NCBI GenBank assembly: GCA_963771355.1 | Contig: CAVYTA010000001.1 | Location: 1 to 64,000 of the forward strand | Length of the DNA: 64,000 bases | Reading direction: 5' to 3' | Source: an uncultured Candidatus Rokubacteria bacterium | Lineage (GTDB): Bacteria > Methylomirabilota > Methylomirabilia > Rokubacteriales > CSP1-6 | Shown here: positions 17,491 to 28,911 of the stretch, in pieces | Numbering within the stretch: the first letter of the stretch is position 1 | Layout of the letters: each line of letters opens with the position of its first letter | Position numbers and translations under genes: made by a program | The notes under the pieces: generated by a model | What the model was told of the DNA's origin: nothing | The model's database searches: none | Seen by the model: the letters and a program-made list of their open reading frames with translations, nothing else

Positions 17491-20400
17491 TCATGTCGGT
17501 CGTCGAGCGAGCGCGGCCTGGGCCTCGTCGACCCAGCCGGTGGCGCCGATCTCTTCGAACATCGCCCGCGCCCGCTCGATCAGGGCCTGACCCTCGACAT
17601 GATCGTCGTGCAGCTTGAACTGACCGTACGCGAGAAGCGTCTGGCCCAGCTCGGGCCGGGAGCGGATGCCTTCCAGGATCCCCAGGCTCTCGCGGAAGGC
17701 CGTGTCCGCCTGGCCTCGATTGCCCGTCGCCGCGTAGGCCTGCCCGAGCACCCGGTGCGCGGCGCCCTGCTCAAGGCGAAAGCGGCTGCGGTCGGCGTAG
17801 TCGAGCGCCTTGCGCGCGGTCTCCAGGGCGGCCTCGGTCTCACCCCCGGCGAGGCGTGTCAGAGCGGCCGCGGTGGTCAGGTAAGTCAGGGAGTAGGGTG
17901 TCGAGTCTCGACTCGCCTCCCATTGCTCGATGGCTCGGTCGATGACGCGGCGGGCCTCGGCGAGCCTGCCCACCTTGAGGTAGGCGAGGCCGAGCCATGC
18001 CGAGCCGAAAAGGATCACGTTGATTTCGCCGATCTGCCACGCGATGGGCAGGCTCTCCTCCGCGACGCGGATGACGTCGTTCCAGGCGCCTTGATAGACA
18101 TAAGGCTCGGCCTCCATCGCCCGCCAGGCCAGAAGCCGAGCGTCACCCAGATCGGCGGCGATCTCGCGGAACTCGCGCGCGTACCGCAACGAATCGGTGA
18201 GCAGGCCGGCCCGCGCAGAGTAGCACCGACCTCCGCGGTTGATGGTCATGGCGTGCTGAACACGATCGCCCTGGTCCGCGTAGATAGCGATGGAGCGGCC
18301 ATACTGGGTAAGGGCCTCGTCCCAGCGCCCGCTGAAACCCAGATAGGCTCCGTAGCGTTCCCTGACGAAGGCATGGGTGAGGGGGTCACCGCAGCTCTCG
18401 GCTCGAACCAGCGCCTCCTTCAGGAGCTCCTCGCTCCTGACGATGAACCCTTTCAGCGCCTGTACCCTCGCCAGGCTCGCCACGTCTCCCCGATCGGCCG
18501 TGCTCTGGAGAGCGCGATCGAGGTTCTGGACGGCCAGCTGCACCATCGTCTCGTCGCGCGCAAAGCCGGGTAGCTGCACCAGGGCCTCGGTCACGTCCGC
18601 ATGCTGCCGCTGCCGATCCTCGGTCCGCGGGAGACGATCGAAGAGTTCGAGGGCCCTCCAGTAGTGACCGCTCGCCGCGGGACGATCGTAGAGCCCTCGC
18701 GCTCGCCCGGCGGCCGCGAGCGTGTGCTCGAGGGCCTTGTCCCACTCGGCGGCGTGATACCAATGGTGGGCCACCAAGGCCGCCTGCTCGGCCGCGCCGT
18801 TAGCGAGTGTGGACTCGAGGTGGCGGGCGACCCGGCCGTGAAGATCGCGACGCTGCTCGGCCAGCAAGCTTGCCTCGGCCGCTTCCTGCGTCAACGCGTG
18901 CTTGAAGATGTACTGGCGCTCGGGTGGGGCGGCAAACTCTCGGATCAGCTCCGCGCGGAGCAGATGGGCCAAGGCGCGGTCCAGCTCTGCTGGCTCGTCG
19001 CTGAGGGCGCGCAGGGTGCGGTACCCGAAGAATCGGCCGATCACCGCGGCGTGCTGGAGTAGCGCCTTGGTCGGGGCGGGCAGCCGATCGATGCGCGCGC
19101 CGATCATCCCGCGAAGCGTGGTCGGGATCGTCCACTGCTCCGGGCTGCCGGCGGCTGTCCAGCGATCACCGTCGCGCCGGAGCACGCCTTCCTCGATCAG
19201 CCCACGGAGGATCTCCTCGAGGAAAAGCGGATTTCCCTCCGCGCGCGCGAGGATCCGCTCGCGGATCGCCTCGGGAAGGTCGGAGACGCGCAACAGGTGG
19301 TCGGTCAATCGCTCGCTGTCCTCGACGGCGAGCGGAGCCAGCCGCAGCTCGGTCAGGCGGTGCCCGAAATTACGCTCGGCATGGAGGCGGAACGTCCAGG
19401 CATCCCCCTCAGTATCTGGGCGGCTCGTCACCAGGATCATGAGCGGCTGGAAGTCGGTGAGCTCGAGTAGCAGGGTCAGGAGGTCGACCGAGGCTGGATC
19501 GGCCCAGTGCAGGTCTTCGACCGCGACGATCACCGGACCCCGCTCCGCGAGTCCCTGGAGCAGCGCGCGGAGTAGCCAGGACGAGCTGGGACTGGAGCGC
19601 CCGCGGGTCGCTGGGCATGGCCTGAGCCTGACCCGGGCCGAGGTCGATTCCAAGCAGGTGAGCCAAGGCCCCCTGGCTCTGCGCGACCTCGGAGCCGCCG
19701 AGTGCCCGGCCCGCCGCTCGGAGCTTGGTCCGGGCGATGGCCGCCGCCTCCGTGGGTCCGAGCCCCAGTGCGCCCCGGAGAATCTGGATGATCGGCGCGT
19801 AGCTCGTGCTCTGAGTATAGGACTGACAGCGTCCCTCGAACCAGCGGAGGCCCTCGGGAAGGTTCTCGTGCAGCTCGATCTTCAGGCGAGACTTCCCGAT
19901 CCCGGCCTCGCCCACATGGAGACCACTGGCCGCGGCCGCGCCGCAGGACCTCCAGGCAGGCCGAGAGCGCGGCCAGCTCGCGGTCCCGGCCCACGATGGG
20001 GGATGACAGGCCGGTGACGCCCATGTGGCGGCGCTCGCCGCGGCGAAGCTCCAGGGCTCGGTATGCGGTGATCGGAGCTGGAGAAGCCCTTCAGCGAGAG
20101 CGCCTCGAGACGCTCCGCCTCCAGGTGCGGGGCCAGAAGGCGATGAGTGGTCTCGCTGACGGTGATGCCGTCGCCAACGGATTGTAGGCGCGCTGCCAGG
20201 TTCGGCACCTCGCCCGTCACCATGAACTCGTTCACGGCGCGGCTGGCGGCGACCGCTTCCCCTGTGGCGATGCCGATTCGAAGGACGAGTCGCGCCCCGT
20301 ACTCCTGCTCGAACATGGGGTTGAGCTGAGCCAGGCTCTCTTGCATGGCGAAGGCGGCGCGCACAGCGCGCTCGGCGTCGTCCTCGTTGACCCGCGGCAC

Positions 20401-20601
20401 CCCGAAGACGGCCATGACGGCGTCGCCGGCGAACTTCTCGACGGTACCGCCGAAGGCCTCGATCTGCTGACGCATCTCGTCGAAGAAGGCCGACAGAAGC
20501 GCGCGGAGTTGCTCGGGGTCATGTTGGGTGGCGAGCTCTGCCGAGCCCTTGAGGTCGGCGAACAGAACGGTGACCGGCTTGCGCTCGTCCGTGGCGGCCA
20601 T
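17491..20601 (-). CDS. Class III adenylate/guanylate cyclase - AAA ATPase - TPR protein (frameshifts near 20070, 19915, 19575)
   Basis: TVLFADLKGS, EKFAGDAVMAVFG, NLAARLQ; IVGRDREL, GEAGIGKSRL, VEDLHWAD, EGNPLFLEE, YIFKHALTQE; TPR-like helical tail. Confidence 0.88.
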
Positions 20602-20810
20602 CAGGCTCGCTACTCTAGCTTAAATCGGGTTCGTCGGCCTCTCGCTGCGCGGCCGGGCTTGGGGCGCGTGGACGGTGGCCGGCGTGTTCGGACGGGTGAG
20701 CGGGTCCGACCTCCGGCGCCCGGAGTGAGCGCGCAATCCTTGACGCTGCCCCGGTCGCGGGAGGAGGATCAACGCGGCTACACGAAACGATCACCGGCGG
20801 AGGTGAGTGG

Positions 20811-21143
20811 ATGACGGCCTTCATGGTCGCCGTGGCGTACGTGCTGATCTGGCGGATCTGTGTGCTGGCCTGCGGGCTCGTCGCCATCGTGCTGGGGTAT
20901 CGGCTCTTCAAGCTGGGCTTTGCCGCTCAGGGGCACGAGGGGGAGCTCGAGGCCGGGGTAGCCGGCTCCAGCCTGAAAGTCCGGAACATGGCGCCCGGCA
21001 CCTTCTTCGCGCTCTTCGGCGCGGCGATCATCGCGGCGCTCGTCTGGAGCTCGCCGAGCGAGATCGTGGTGCCGAAGGAGGCGCTGCCCGCCACCGGGCA
21101 GGTCGACCAGAGCTCGAGCGGCTTGAAGGTGCGCGGGCAGTGA
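20811..21143 (+). CDS. Small two-TM hypothetical protein
   Basis: Two hydrophobic segments; LGYRLF...RNMAPGTFFALFG. Stop overlaps the next start. Confidence 0.75.
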   Translation: MTAFMVAVAYVLIWRICVLACGLVAIVLGYRLFKLGFAAQGHEGELEAGVAGSSLKVRNMAPGTFFALFGAAIIAALVWSSPSEIVVPKEALPATGQVDQSSSGLKVRGQ

Positions 21144-22477
21144 GCGGCCGGCTGGCCCTCGTCGTCCTGCTCCTGCTGCTCGGGGCGGACACGGCGGGCA
21201 GCCAGGACTTCGGGGCGAGCTACGCCGTCGTGGTCGGCGTCGACGACTACGGAAGCCTCGGCCTCTCCCGGCTCTCCAACGCCGAGACGGACGCCCGCGC
21301 GGTGGAGCGGTACTTCCGCGCCCAGCGCTACCAGGTCACGGCCTTGATCGGGGCGGGGGCCGCGACCAAGCGCGGCGTGCAGGGGGCGGTGCGGGACATC
21401 GCCGCGCGCATCACCGATCGCGATCGGTTCGTGTTCTTCTTCGCCGGCCACGGCAAGGCGCAGCGGCAGGAAGGCGTCGACGTCGCGTACCTGGTGGTGC
21501 CGGGCGGGCGGGATCGCAACGACCCCGCGTCGCTCATCTCCACCGGTGACATCGTCGAGTACTCCCGGAGCCTGAACCGCGCGCGGCACCAGCTCTTCAT
21601 CTTCGACAGCTGCTACTCCGGCCTGATGGGCAACTTCCAGACCCGCACCGCCGGCGACCGCCCGCAGTACGACAGCGAGGCGTTCCTGCTCCGCGACCTC
21701 GGCGCCCGCCGGGTCCGACAGTACCTGAGCGCCGGCGGGGAGAACCAGGAGGTCCTGGACAATGGGCCGGCGAACCTGAGCTGGTTCACCTACTTTCTCC
21801 TGAAGGGGCTGGAGCCCGGGGTGGTGAACCAGCGCGGCAGCGGCCTGATCACGTTCTCCGAGCTGGCCTCCTACGTCCAGGCGCTGAGCGCCAACCCCAA
21901 GCACACGCCGGCGTTCGGCAGTCTGGCCGGGCACGGCGGGGGCGAGTACCTGCTCCACTCCACCGCGCAGGGCGCGCCGCCGATTCCGCGGCTGCCCGTC
22001 ATCACCGTCCAGACGCTGCGGGACCTCGGCTTTCTCACGCGCAGCGACACGCCGGAGCGCGTCGGCGCGGACATCGACCGCATGCGCCAGCCGATCGACC
22101 TGCTCTTCCAGGCGTGGATGCAGAAGGACGCCGACCTCTACCTGCGCCAGCTCGCCCCCGAGGTGGTGCAGACGGGCCGGCTCAAGAGCGGGGCCGCCTA
22201 CCGCCGGGGCCTGGACGAGATCGCGCAGCGGCGGCGCGGCCAGGTCACCCGGCTCGATCGCGTGGACGTCCTGAAGTACGAGGTCATGTTCCAGGGCATC
22301 GAGGGCGGGCAGGCGACGTTCGGCGTGCGCTACAGCATGGATTTCTTCTGGCGGGACGGCAGTGTCGAGCGGGAGCGCAACACGAACGAATGCTACAAGG
22401 TCCGCCAGGTCCCCAACGAAGACCGCTGGGTGATCGTGCGCAACGACGACTACCAGCAGCGCATCTGCTATCGCTAA
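21140..22477 (+). CDS. Secreted caspase-family (C14) peptidase with C-terminal NTF2/SnoaL-like domain
   Basis: Signal-like N-terminus; YAVVVGVDDY, L.NA..DA, FFFAGHG, IFDSCYSG, FTYFLLKGL. Confidence 0.85.
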   Translation: MSGRLALVVLLLLLGADTAGSQDFGASYAVVVGVDDYGSLGLSRLSNAETDARAVERYFRAQRYQVTALIGAGAATKRGVQGAVRDIAARITDRDRFVFFFAGHGKAQRQEGVDVAYLVVPGGRDRNDPASLISTGDIVEYSRSLNRARHQLFIFDSCYSGLMGNFQTRTAGDRPQYDSEAFLLRDLGARRVRQYLSAGGENQEVLDNGPANLSWFTYFLLKGLEPGVVNQRGSGLITFSELASYVQALSANPKHTPAFGSLAGHGGGEYLLHSTAQGAPPIPRLPVITVQTLRDLGFLTRSDTPERVGADIDRMRQPIDLLFQAWMQKDADLYLRQLAPEVVQTGRLKSGAAYRRGLDEIAQRRRGQVTRLDRVDVLKYEVMFQGIEGGQATFGVRYSMDFFWRDGSVERERNTNECYKVRQVPNEDRWVIVRNDDYQQRICYR

Positions 22478-22587
22478 GGTCGGCCTTCCTCGAAGGAAGT
22501 TCGACCTTGACCCGTCGCGACGCCCTGCTATTCTGTGCGCCTCCGGCGCCCGCAGCTATTCACTCCCCTCACATCGAGGAGCAACGC

Positions 22588-24126
22588 ATGACACCACGGA
22601 CGAGGCGCTGGCTTCCGGCTCTGGGTATCGCGCTCCTGACAGCGGTTGTCCTGGCGGGCTTCGGGGAGGCGCAGCAGCCCAAGCGCGGCGGCGTGCTGAA
22701 CATCGCGGACCCCGTGGGGCCGCCGGTGCTCGACCCCCACAAGGACGGCTCCTACCAGTCGTCCGGCATGGTGCTGACCATCATGTACGAGGGGCTCCTG
22801 ATCCGCGACGAGAAGGGTGAGCTCAAGCCGCACCTGGCCGAGACCTGGAAGGCCGTGAGCCCCACCGTCCACGAGTTCAAGATCCGGCGGGGCGTGACCT
22901 TCCACAACGGCCGCGAGATGGACGCCGGCGACGTGAAGTACTCCTTCGAGCGGGTGACCGAGCCGAAGACCGGCTCGCCGTTCCGCGCGATCTGGAGCGT
23001 CATCGACAAGGTGGAGACGCCCGACAAGTGGACGGCGCGCTTCACGCTCAAGTATCCGAGCGCGCCCTTCCTGAACTATCTGGCCGGCCCCTACGGGCAT
23101 CAGATCGTGGCCAAGGAGGCGGTCGAGCAGCACACCGACCTGAACCAGGTGGCGGTGGGCACCGGGCCCTTCAAGCTGGTCGAGTACGTGCCGGACAGCC
23201 ATCTCAAGTTCGAGCGCCACGCCGGGTACTGGAAGAAGGGCATGCCGTACCTCGACGGGCTCAATGTGCGGATCGTCAAGGATGAGTCCGCGCGGCTGGC
23301 CGCGGCCCGGGCCGGGGCGGCGGACATCACCTACGTCACCGCGGTCAACGCGCCCGCGGTGAAGGCCGACCGGAACCTCTCCCTCGTCGAGGGCGACAAC
23401 GTGTTCTACGGGATGACGCTGGCCCAGTTCATCCCGAACACCTCCAAGGCGCCCTTCAGCGACCTGCGCGTGCGCCAGGCCATGAACCTGGCCATCGATC
23501 GGAAGGAGATGCTGGACACCGTCGTCTTCGGCTCGGGCGTGGTGTCCGGGCCGATCCCGCCCGGCATGGGGCCCGTCGCGCTGAAGCCCGACTACCGCGT
23601 GGACCTCGACCGGGCCAAGGCGCTGCTGCGCGAGGCCGGCCACCCGAACGGCTTCAAGGCCACCGCGAAGGTGTCGCCGCAGTACCCGCTGGACGTGGCG
23701 GACTGCCAGATGATCAAGGCCCAGCTCGGCAAGGTCGGGATCGAGCTGGACATCCAGCTCGTGGAGTGGGGGCAGTTCCTCAAGGAGTGGCTGGGCGGGA
23801 ACTACGACACCGTGTGCCTGACCAGCGGGCCCCTGGCGGACCCGGACGGCTTCACCTATGACTACTTCCACTCGAAGTCGCCCCGCAACCGGTCGAAGTT
23901 CTTCACCGGCGAGCTGGACGACATCGTGACCCAGGCGCGGCAAACCATGGAGCCGGCGAAGCGGCGCGAGGTGCTGGGGGACGTGCAGCGCCGGATCCTG
24001 GAGCTGGCCCCCGTCATCTATCTCTACAGCGCCAACGGCTTCGAGGTGCACCGGACGCCGGTCAAGGGCTACAAGCCGAACCGCGTGAGCCGGTACGGCC
24101 TCAGCGAGACCTGGCTCGACAAGTGA
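22588..24126 (+). CDS. Peptide/nickel ABC transporter substrate-binding protein (family 5)
   Basis: Signal peptide; LDPH, YEGL, GVTFHNG, DVKYSFER, VGTGPFKL, RVRQAMNLAIDR. Confidence 0.93.
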   Translation: MTPRTRRWLPALGIALLTAVVLAGFGEAQQPKRGGVLNIADPVGPPVLDPHKDGSYQSSGMVLTIMYEGLLIRDEKGELKPHLAETWKAVSPTVHEFKIRRGVTFHNGREMDAGDVKYSFERVTEPKTGSPFRAIWSVIDKVETPDKWTARFTLKYPSAPFLNYLAGPYGHQIVAKEAVEQHTDLNQVAVGTGPFKLVEYVPDSHLKFERHAGYWKKGMPYLDGLNVRIVKDESARLAAARAGAADITYVTAVNAPAVKADRNLSLVEGDNVFYGMTLAQFIPNTSKAPFSDLRVRQAMNLAIDRKEMLDTVVFGSGVVSGPIPPGMGPVALKPDYRVDLDRAKALLREAGHPNGFKATAKVSPQYPLDVADCQMIKAQLGKVGIELDIQLVEWGQFLKEWLGGNYDTVCLTSGPLADPDGFTYDYFHSKSPRNRSKFFTGELDDIVTQARQTMEPAKRREVLGDVQRRILELAPVIYLYSANGFEVHRTPVKGYKPNRVSRYGLSETWLDK

Positions 24127-24130
24127 CCGG

Positions 24131-24168
24131 GGCGCCGGCGGGCGGTGCTGATCCCGCCCGCCGGCGTC
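24131..24168 (+). other. Intercistronic GC stem-loop after the SBP gene
   Basis: ggcgccggcgggcgg / ccgcccgccggcgtc. Confidence 0.5.
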
Positions 24169-24205
24169 GTCTCGCCGATTCCCGCGCGGAGGTAGTGGGC
24201 TCCCG

Positions 24206-25153
24206 ATGCTCCGGTTCCTGAGCCAGCGGCTCCTCGTCCTCATCCCCGTGCTCCTCGGCGTCTCGATGCTGTCGTTCCTGCTCCTCTACCTGATCCCCGG
24301 CGACGTCGTCGACATCCTGATGGGCCAGGAGTCGGGCGACCCGGCGCGGCTCGCGGAGATGCGCCGGCTCTTCGGGCTCGACCGGCCCTTGCCCGCGCGG
24401 TACGCGGAGTGGCTCGGGGAGGCGCTGCGGGGAGATCTCGGCCGCTCGTTCGTGACGCGGCGGCCCGTCCTGTCCGAGATCCTGACGGCCTTCCCCGTCA
24501 CGCTTCAGCTCACGGCCGTCTCGCTGCTCGTCGCGCTGGCCGCCGGCCTTCCGCTCGGAGTCCTCGCCGCCGTCCGCCGCGGCCGCGCCTCGTCGGTCGG
24601 GATCAGCCTGCTCGTCCTGCTCGTGCTGTCCATCCCGAGCTTCTGGCTCGGCATCCTCCTGATCCTCTTCACGTCGCTCTATCTCCACTGGTTTCCCCCG
24701 CAGGGCCTCGTCTTGCTCTGGGTCCAGCCGGTGGAGGCCCTGAAGCAGCTCCTGCTGCCGAGCCTCGCGCTGGGCCTGGCCCTGGGCGCGATGGTGATGC
24801 GGATGACGCGCTCGTGCATCCTCGAGGTGCTGGCCCAGGACTACGTGCGCACCGCCCGCGCCAAGGGCATCGCGGAGACGCTCGTCATCGGCCATCACGC
24901 GCTCCGGAACGCCCTCATCCCCGTGGTGACGCTGGTGGGCCTCCAGTTCGGCTATCTCCTCGGCGGCGCCATCGTCATCGAGGAGATCTTCTCGCTCCCG
25001 GGCATGGGCCGGCTCGTGCTGCGCTCGATCGCGCAGCGAGACTTCCCGCTGGTCCAGGGGGTGCTGCTGCTGGCCGGGACCGGCGTGGTGCTCCTCAACC
25101 TCTGCGTGGACATGCTCTACCTGGCCCTCGATCCCCGGCTGCGGCGCCGCTGA
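24206..25153 (+). CDS. Peptide ABC transporter permease (DppB/OppB-like)
   Basis: GDLGRSF, QDYVRTARAKG, HALRNALIPV. Confidence 0.93.
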   Translation: MLRFLSQRLLVLIPVLLGVSMLSFLLLYLIPGDVVDILMGQESGDPARLAEMRRLFGLDRPLPARYAEWLGEALRGDLGRSFVTRRPVLSEILTAFPVTLQLTAVSLLVALAAGLPLGVLAAVRRGRASSVGISLLVLLVLSIPSFWLGILLILFTSLYLHWFPPQGLVLLWVQPVEALKQLLLPSLALGLALGAMVMRMTRSCILEVLAQDYVRTARAKGIAETLVIGHHALRNALIPVVTLVGLQFGYLLGGAIVIEEIFSLPGMGRLVLRSIAQRDFPLVQGVLLLAGTGVVLLNLCVDMLYLALDPRLRRR

Positions 25154-25965
25154 TGCGTCGCTACGCGCTATCGATCGCGGGGGCGATCGTGGTCGCGCTG
25201 CTCGCGCTGACCGCGCTCTTCGCCCCGCTCGTGGCGCCGCGCGACCCGCTGGCCATGAACCCCCGGGCCCGCCTGGCCGCCCCGTCCGCCGGCCATGTCC
25301 TGGGCACGGATCAGTTCGGCCGTGACGTCCTGAGCCGCGTGATCCACGGGACGCGCATCTCGCTGGGCGTGGGGCTGGGGGCGGTGGCGCTGTCGATCGG
25401 GGCCGGGCTGGCGCTGGGCTCGCTGGCCGGCATGCGAGAGGGGGCCGTCGACGCCCTCGTCATGCGGACCATGGACGTGCTCTTCGCCTTTCCCGCCATC
25501 CTGCTCGCGCTGGCCCTGATCGCGGTGCTGGGCTCGAAGCCGCGGAACGTGGTCCTCGCCATCGGGCTCGTCTACCTGCCCGTGTTCGCGCGCACGGTGC
25601 GCGCGGCCGTGCTGACCATCAAGCATCGCGAGTTCGTGGAGGCGGCCCACGCGCTGGGCCGGGGCGATCTCCCCCGGTTCCTCCGCCACGTCCTGCCGAA
25701 TGCGGTGGCGCCCGTGCTGGTGCAGGCGAGCCTCAGCGTCTCGACGGCCGTCCTCGCCGAAGCCGCGCTGAGCTTCCTCGGGGTGGGCACCCAGCCGCCG
25801 GCGCCGTCCTGGGGCAGCATGCTGTCCGAGAGCCGCGCCTTCATGGAAGTGGCCCCGTGGACCGCGGTGTTTCCCGGCGCGGCGATCATGATCGCGGTGC
25901 TCGGCTTCAACCTGCTCGGCGACGGGATCCGGGATCTGCTGGATCCGCGCCTGCGGAACCTATGA
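25153..25965 (+). CDS. Peptide ABC transporter permease (DppC/OppC-like)
   Basis: LGTDQFGRDVLSR, EFVEAA.ALG, HVLPN, GDGIRD.LDPR. Confidence 0.93.
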   Translation: MRRYALSIAGAIVVALLALTALFAPLVAPRDPLAMNPRARLAAPSAGHVLGTDQFGRDVLSRVIHGTRISLGVGLGAVALSIGAGLALGSLAGMREGAVDALVMRTMDVLFAFPAILLALALIAVLGSKPRNVVLAIGLVYLPVFARTVRAAVLTIKHREFVEAAHALGRGDLPRFLRHVLPNAVAPVLVQASLSVSTAVLAEAALSFLGVGTQPPAPSWGSMLSESRAFMEVAPWTAVFPGAAIMIAVLGFNLLGDGIRDLLDPRLRNL

Positions 25966-25986
25966 GCTCGAACGGAGGGCAGTGAG

Positions 25987-26793
25987 ATGCCGCACGCGCG
26001 CGTCAACGGAGTATCGCTCTACTACGAGGACGCCGGCCGCGGCCGGTCGCTCGTGATGGCCCATGGCTTCTCGGCCACGGCGCGCATGTGGGAGGGACAG
26101 GTCGCGACCTTTCGCGACCGCTACCGGATCATCACCTACGACGCCCGCGGCCAGGGCCGCTCGGAAGTGCCGGCGGATCCGGCGGCCTATTCCCAGCCCA
26201 TCATGGTGGAGGACCTGCGTCAGCTCATCGCCCATCTCGGCCTGGACCGCCCCGTCATCTGCGGGCTCTCGATGGGCGGCAACGTGGTGCTGAACACGGC
26301 CCTGGCCCATCCCGACATGGTGTCGGGGGCCGTGATCTGCGGCACCGGCGCCGGGTCGGAGGATCCGGCGGCCTGGGCGGTGACGATACAGGGCTGGATC
26401 GATCTCCTGGAGGGCCCCGGCATCGAGGCCTTCGCCGCGATGTACCTGGCGGATCCCATCCTCGCGAACTACGCCGATCGGAGCCCGGCCGCGCGGGAGT
26501 TCCTCTGGAAGGCCATCACGTCGAACACGGCCAAGGGCCTCGCGCTCGGCCTCCGGGGCACGGTCGGTCCGCGCCCGCCGGTCTATTCCCTTCGCGAGGG
26601 GCTGGCGCGGCTGGCCCTTCCCACCGCCATCGTCGTCGGCGACCGCGACCACTGGTGCACGAAGGTCTCGGCGTTCCTGGCCGGCACCATTCCGGGCGCC
26701 GAGCTGGTGGAGATCGCGGACTCCGGCCACATGTCCAATCTGGAGCAGCCGGAGCAATTCAACCGCGCCCTGCGCCGGTTCCTGGAGCGCTGA
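25987..26793 (+). CDS. Alpha/beta hydrolase
   Basis: HGF, YDARGQGRS, GLSMGG nucleophile elbow, GDRD, SGH..NLEQP. Confidence 0.9.
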   Translation: MPHARVNGVSLYYEDAGRGRSLVMAHGFSATARMWEGQVATFRDRYRIITYDARGQGRSEVPADPAAYSQPIMVEDLRQLIAHLGLDRPVICGLSMGGNVVLNTALAHPDMVSGAVICGTGAGSEDPAAWAVTIQGWIDLLEGPGIEAFAAMYLADPILANYADRSPAAREFLWKAITSNTAKGLALGLRGTVGPRPPVYSLREGLARLALPTAIVVGDRDHWCTKVSAFLAGTIPGAELVEIADSGHMSNLEQPEQFNRALRRFLER

Positions 26794-26814
26794 AGCCCAT
26801 ACCACCCGGTCGCG

Positions 26815-27453
26815 CTAGGACGGGCGGCCGCTCACCTTCTCGAGGTCGGATGCGCGCGCGTGGCCGTGGCGGAGGCGGCGCCACAGCCGATACCCGATGA
26901 GGCTGGCGCCTCCGAGGAGGACCAGGCCCAGGAAGAGGAAGCGGCGCCGATCCGTGGTGAAGAACACCACCGCGCGCTCGCCGATGAGGAACCCGACGAG
27001 CACCCACGCGCTCGAGTAGACGAGCGTGCCGATGAGGTCCAGCGTCAGGTAGCGCGGATAGGTGATGTGCCCGCAGCCCGCGCAGGCGGAGGCGAAGATC
27101 CGCACGCTGGTGGAGAACCGGCTCAGGAGCAGCACGGCGGCGCCGAAGCGCGCGAAGTAGCGCAGGGTCTTCTCGACGCAGCGATCGGAGGCGAGCGTCA
27201 GCTTGCAGTAGACCGCGAGGATTCGCAGTCCCGCCAGCCGTCCGGCCAGATACGGCACGTGGTCCCCCAGGACGGCGCCGAGCGTGGCCACGATCGCGAG
27301 CCGGACCAGGTCGCTGTCGGTCTCGAGAAAGGCCGGGGCCAGGATCAGGATGACCCGGCTCGGAAACGGGACGCCGGCGGCCTCGATGAGCGAGGAGCAG
27401 AACACGACGCCGAACGGATGAGTCGCGAGGAAGTCGAGCGCGGCGTTGAGCAT
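26815..27453 (-). CDS. DedA/VTT-domain membrane protein
   Basis: EAAGVPFP, GAVLGD...Y..GR, LLSRF...VR. Confidence 0.85.
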   Translation of the reverse strand: MLNAALDFLATHPFGVVFCSSLIEAAGVPFPSRVILILAPAFLETDSDLVRLAIVATLGAVLGDHVPYLAGRLAGLRILAVYCKLTLASDRCVEKTLRYFARFGAAVLLLSRFSTSVRIFASACAGCGHITYPRYLTLDLIGTLVYSSAWVLVGFLIGERAVVFFTTDRRRFLFLGLVLLGGASLIGYRLWRRLRHGHARASDLEKVSGRPS

Positions 27454-27552
27454 GTCGCCTGGTGGCGGGGTCCTGGCACGAGCATAGCATCGTGTCGACA
27501 ACGATCGTCCCGCACCCGCGTAGGGCTACCGATGGGTGAGTGAGGAGGTCTT

Positions 27553-28899
27553 ATGGACTCCCTGGCTGGCACGAAAATACTCGCTGGACTCTTTACGGCG
27601 GTCCTCATCGCGACGGCGGGCTGTGGCGAGCCCGCGAAGCTTCCCCTCTCCGCCACGGTCGGGTCCGACCCGGTGATTCCACCGCCGGAGAAGACCATGA
27701 TCCCCACGCTCCACATCGCGACGGCCAAGGGCTGGCCCGACGGCGGCCGGCCGGCGCCGGCGGTGGGGACCGAGGTGGCGGCGTTCGCCACGGGGCTCGA
27801 ACACCCGCGCTGGCTCTACACGCTGCCCAACGGCGATGTCCTGGTCGCCGAGACCAAGGCGCCGCCTGCGCCCGAGGATTTCAAGGGCGTGAAGGGCCGG
27901 ATCACGAAGATGATGATGAAGCGGGCGGGCTCCGGCGGGCCGAGCGCCAACCGGATCAGCCTCCTGCGCGACGCGGACGGCGACGGGGTGGTCGAGTACC
28001 GGGCGGTGTTTCTCGAGGGGCTCAACTCGCCCTTCGGCATGGCGCTGATCGGCACCGAGCTCTACGTGGCCAACACGGATTCCGTGCTGCGCTTTCCCTA
28101 CACGCAGGGCGTGACGCGGATCGAGGCGCCGGGCGTCAAGGTGGCCGACCTGCCCGCGGGGCCCATCAACCGCCACTGGACGCGGAATCTCATCGCCAGC
28201 CCCGACGGCACCAAGCTCTACGTGAGCGTGGGCTCGAACAGCAACGTGGCCGAGAAGGGAATCGAGCAGGAGGTGGGGCGGGCGACGATCTGGGAGGTGA
28301 ACCTCCGCGACGGCACCCGGCGCGTCTTCGCCTCGGGGCTGAGGAACCCCGTTGGTCTCGCGTGGGAGCCGAGCACCGCGGCGCTCTGGGCGGTGGTGAA
28401 CGAGCGCGACGAGCTCGGGAGCGACCTCGTCCCCGACTATCTCACCTCCGTGAAGGACGGCGCCTTCTACGGCTGGCCCTACAGCTACTGGGGGAAGATC
28501 GTGGACGAGCGCGTGAAGCCGACGCAGCTGGACCTGGTGGCCAGGGCCATCAAGCCCGACTACGCGCTCGGCGCGCACGTCGCGCCGCTGGGCTTGGCCT
28601 ATGCCGACGGCACCGCGCTGCCCGCGCCCTTCACGCGCGGGATGTTCGTCGGCCAGCACGGGTCGTGGAACCGCAAGCCCCGGAGCGGTTACAACGTGGT
28701 CTTCGTCCCCTTCAGCGACGGCCGGCCCTCGGGCACGCCGGTGGACGTGCTGACGGGATTCGTCGGCCCCGACGGCGAGGCCTACGGGCGTCCGGTGGGG
28801 GTGGCGCTGGACCGGCGCGGCGCGCTTCTCGTGGCCGACGACGTGGGCAACGTGGTCTGGCGGGTGACGGGCGCGGCCCGGTCGGCGGAGATGCGGTAG
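27553..28899 (+). CDS. Sorbosone dehydrogenase-family beta-propeller lipoprotein
   Basis: Lipobox TAGC; GLEHPRW, HWTR, GSNSN, GLRNPVG, NERDELG, HGSWNR, GRPVGV. Confidence 0.9.
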   Translation: MDSLAGTKILAGLFTAVLIATAGCGEPAKLPLSATVGSDPVIPPPEKTMIPTLHIATAKGWPDGGRPAPAVGTEVAAFATGLEHPRWLYTLPNGDVLVAETKAPPAPEDFKGVKGRITKMMMKRAGSGGPSANRISLLRDADGDGVVEYRAVFLEGLNSPFGMALIGTELYVANTDSVLRFPYTQGVTRIEAPGVKVADLPAGPINRHWTRNLIASPDGTKLYVSVGSNSNVAEKGIEQEVGRATIWEVNLRDGTRRVFASGLRNPVGLAWEPSTAALWAVVNERDELGSDLVPDYLTSVKDGAFYGWPYSYWGKIVDERVKPTQLDLVARAIKPDYALGAHVAPLGLAYADGTALPAPFTRGMFVGQHGSWNRKPRSGYNVVFVPFSDGRPSGTPVDVLTGFVGPDGEAYGRPVGVALDRRGALLVADDVGNVVWRVTGAARSAEMR

Positions 28900-28911
28900 C
28901 GCCGCGGCGCC

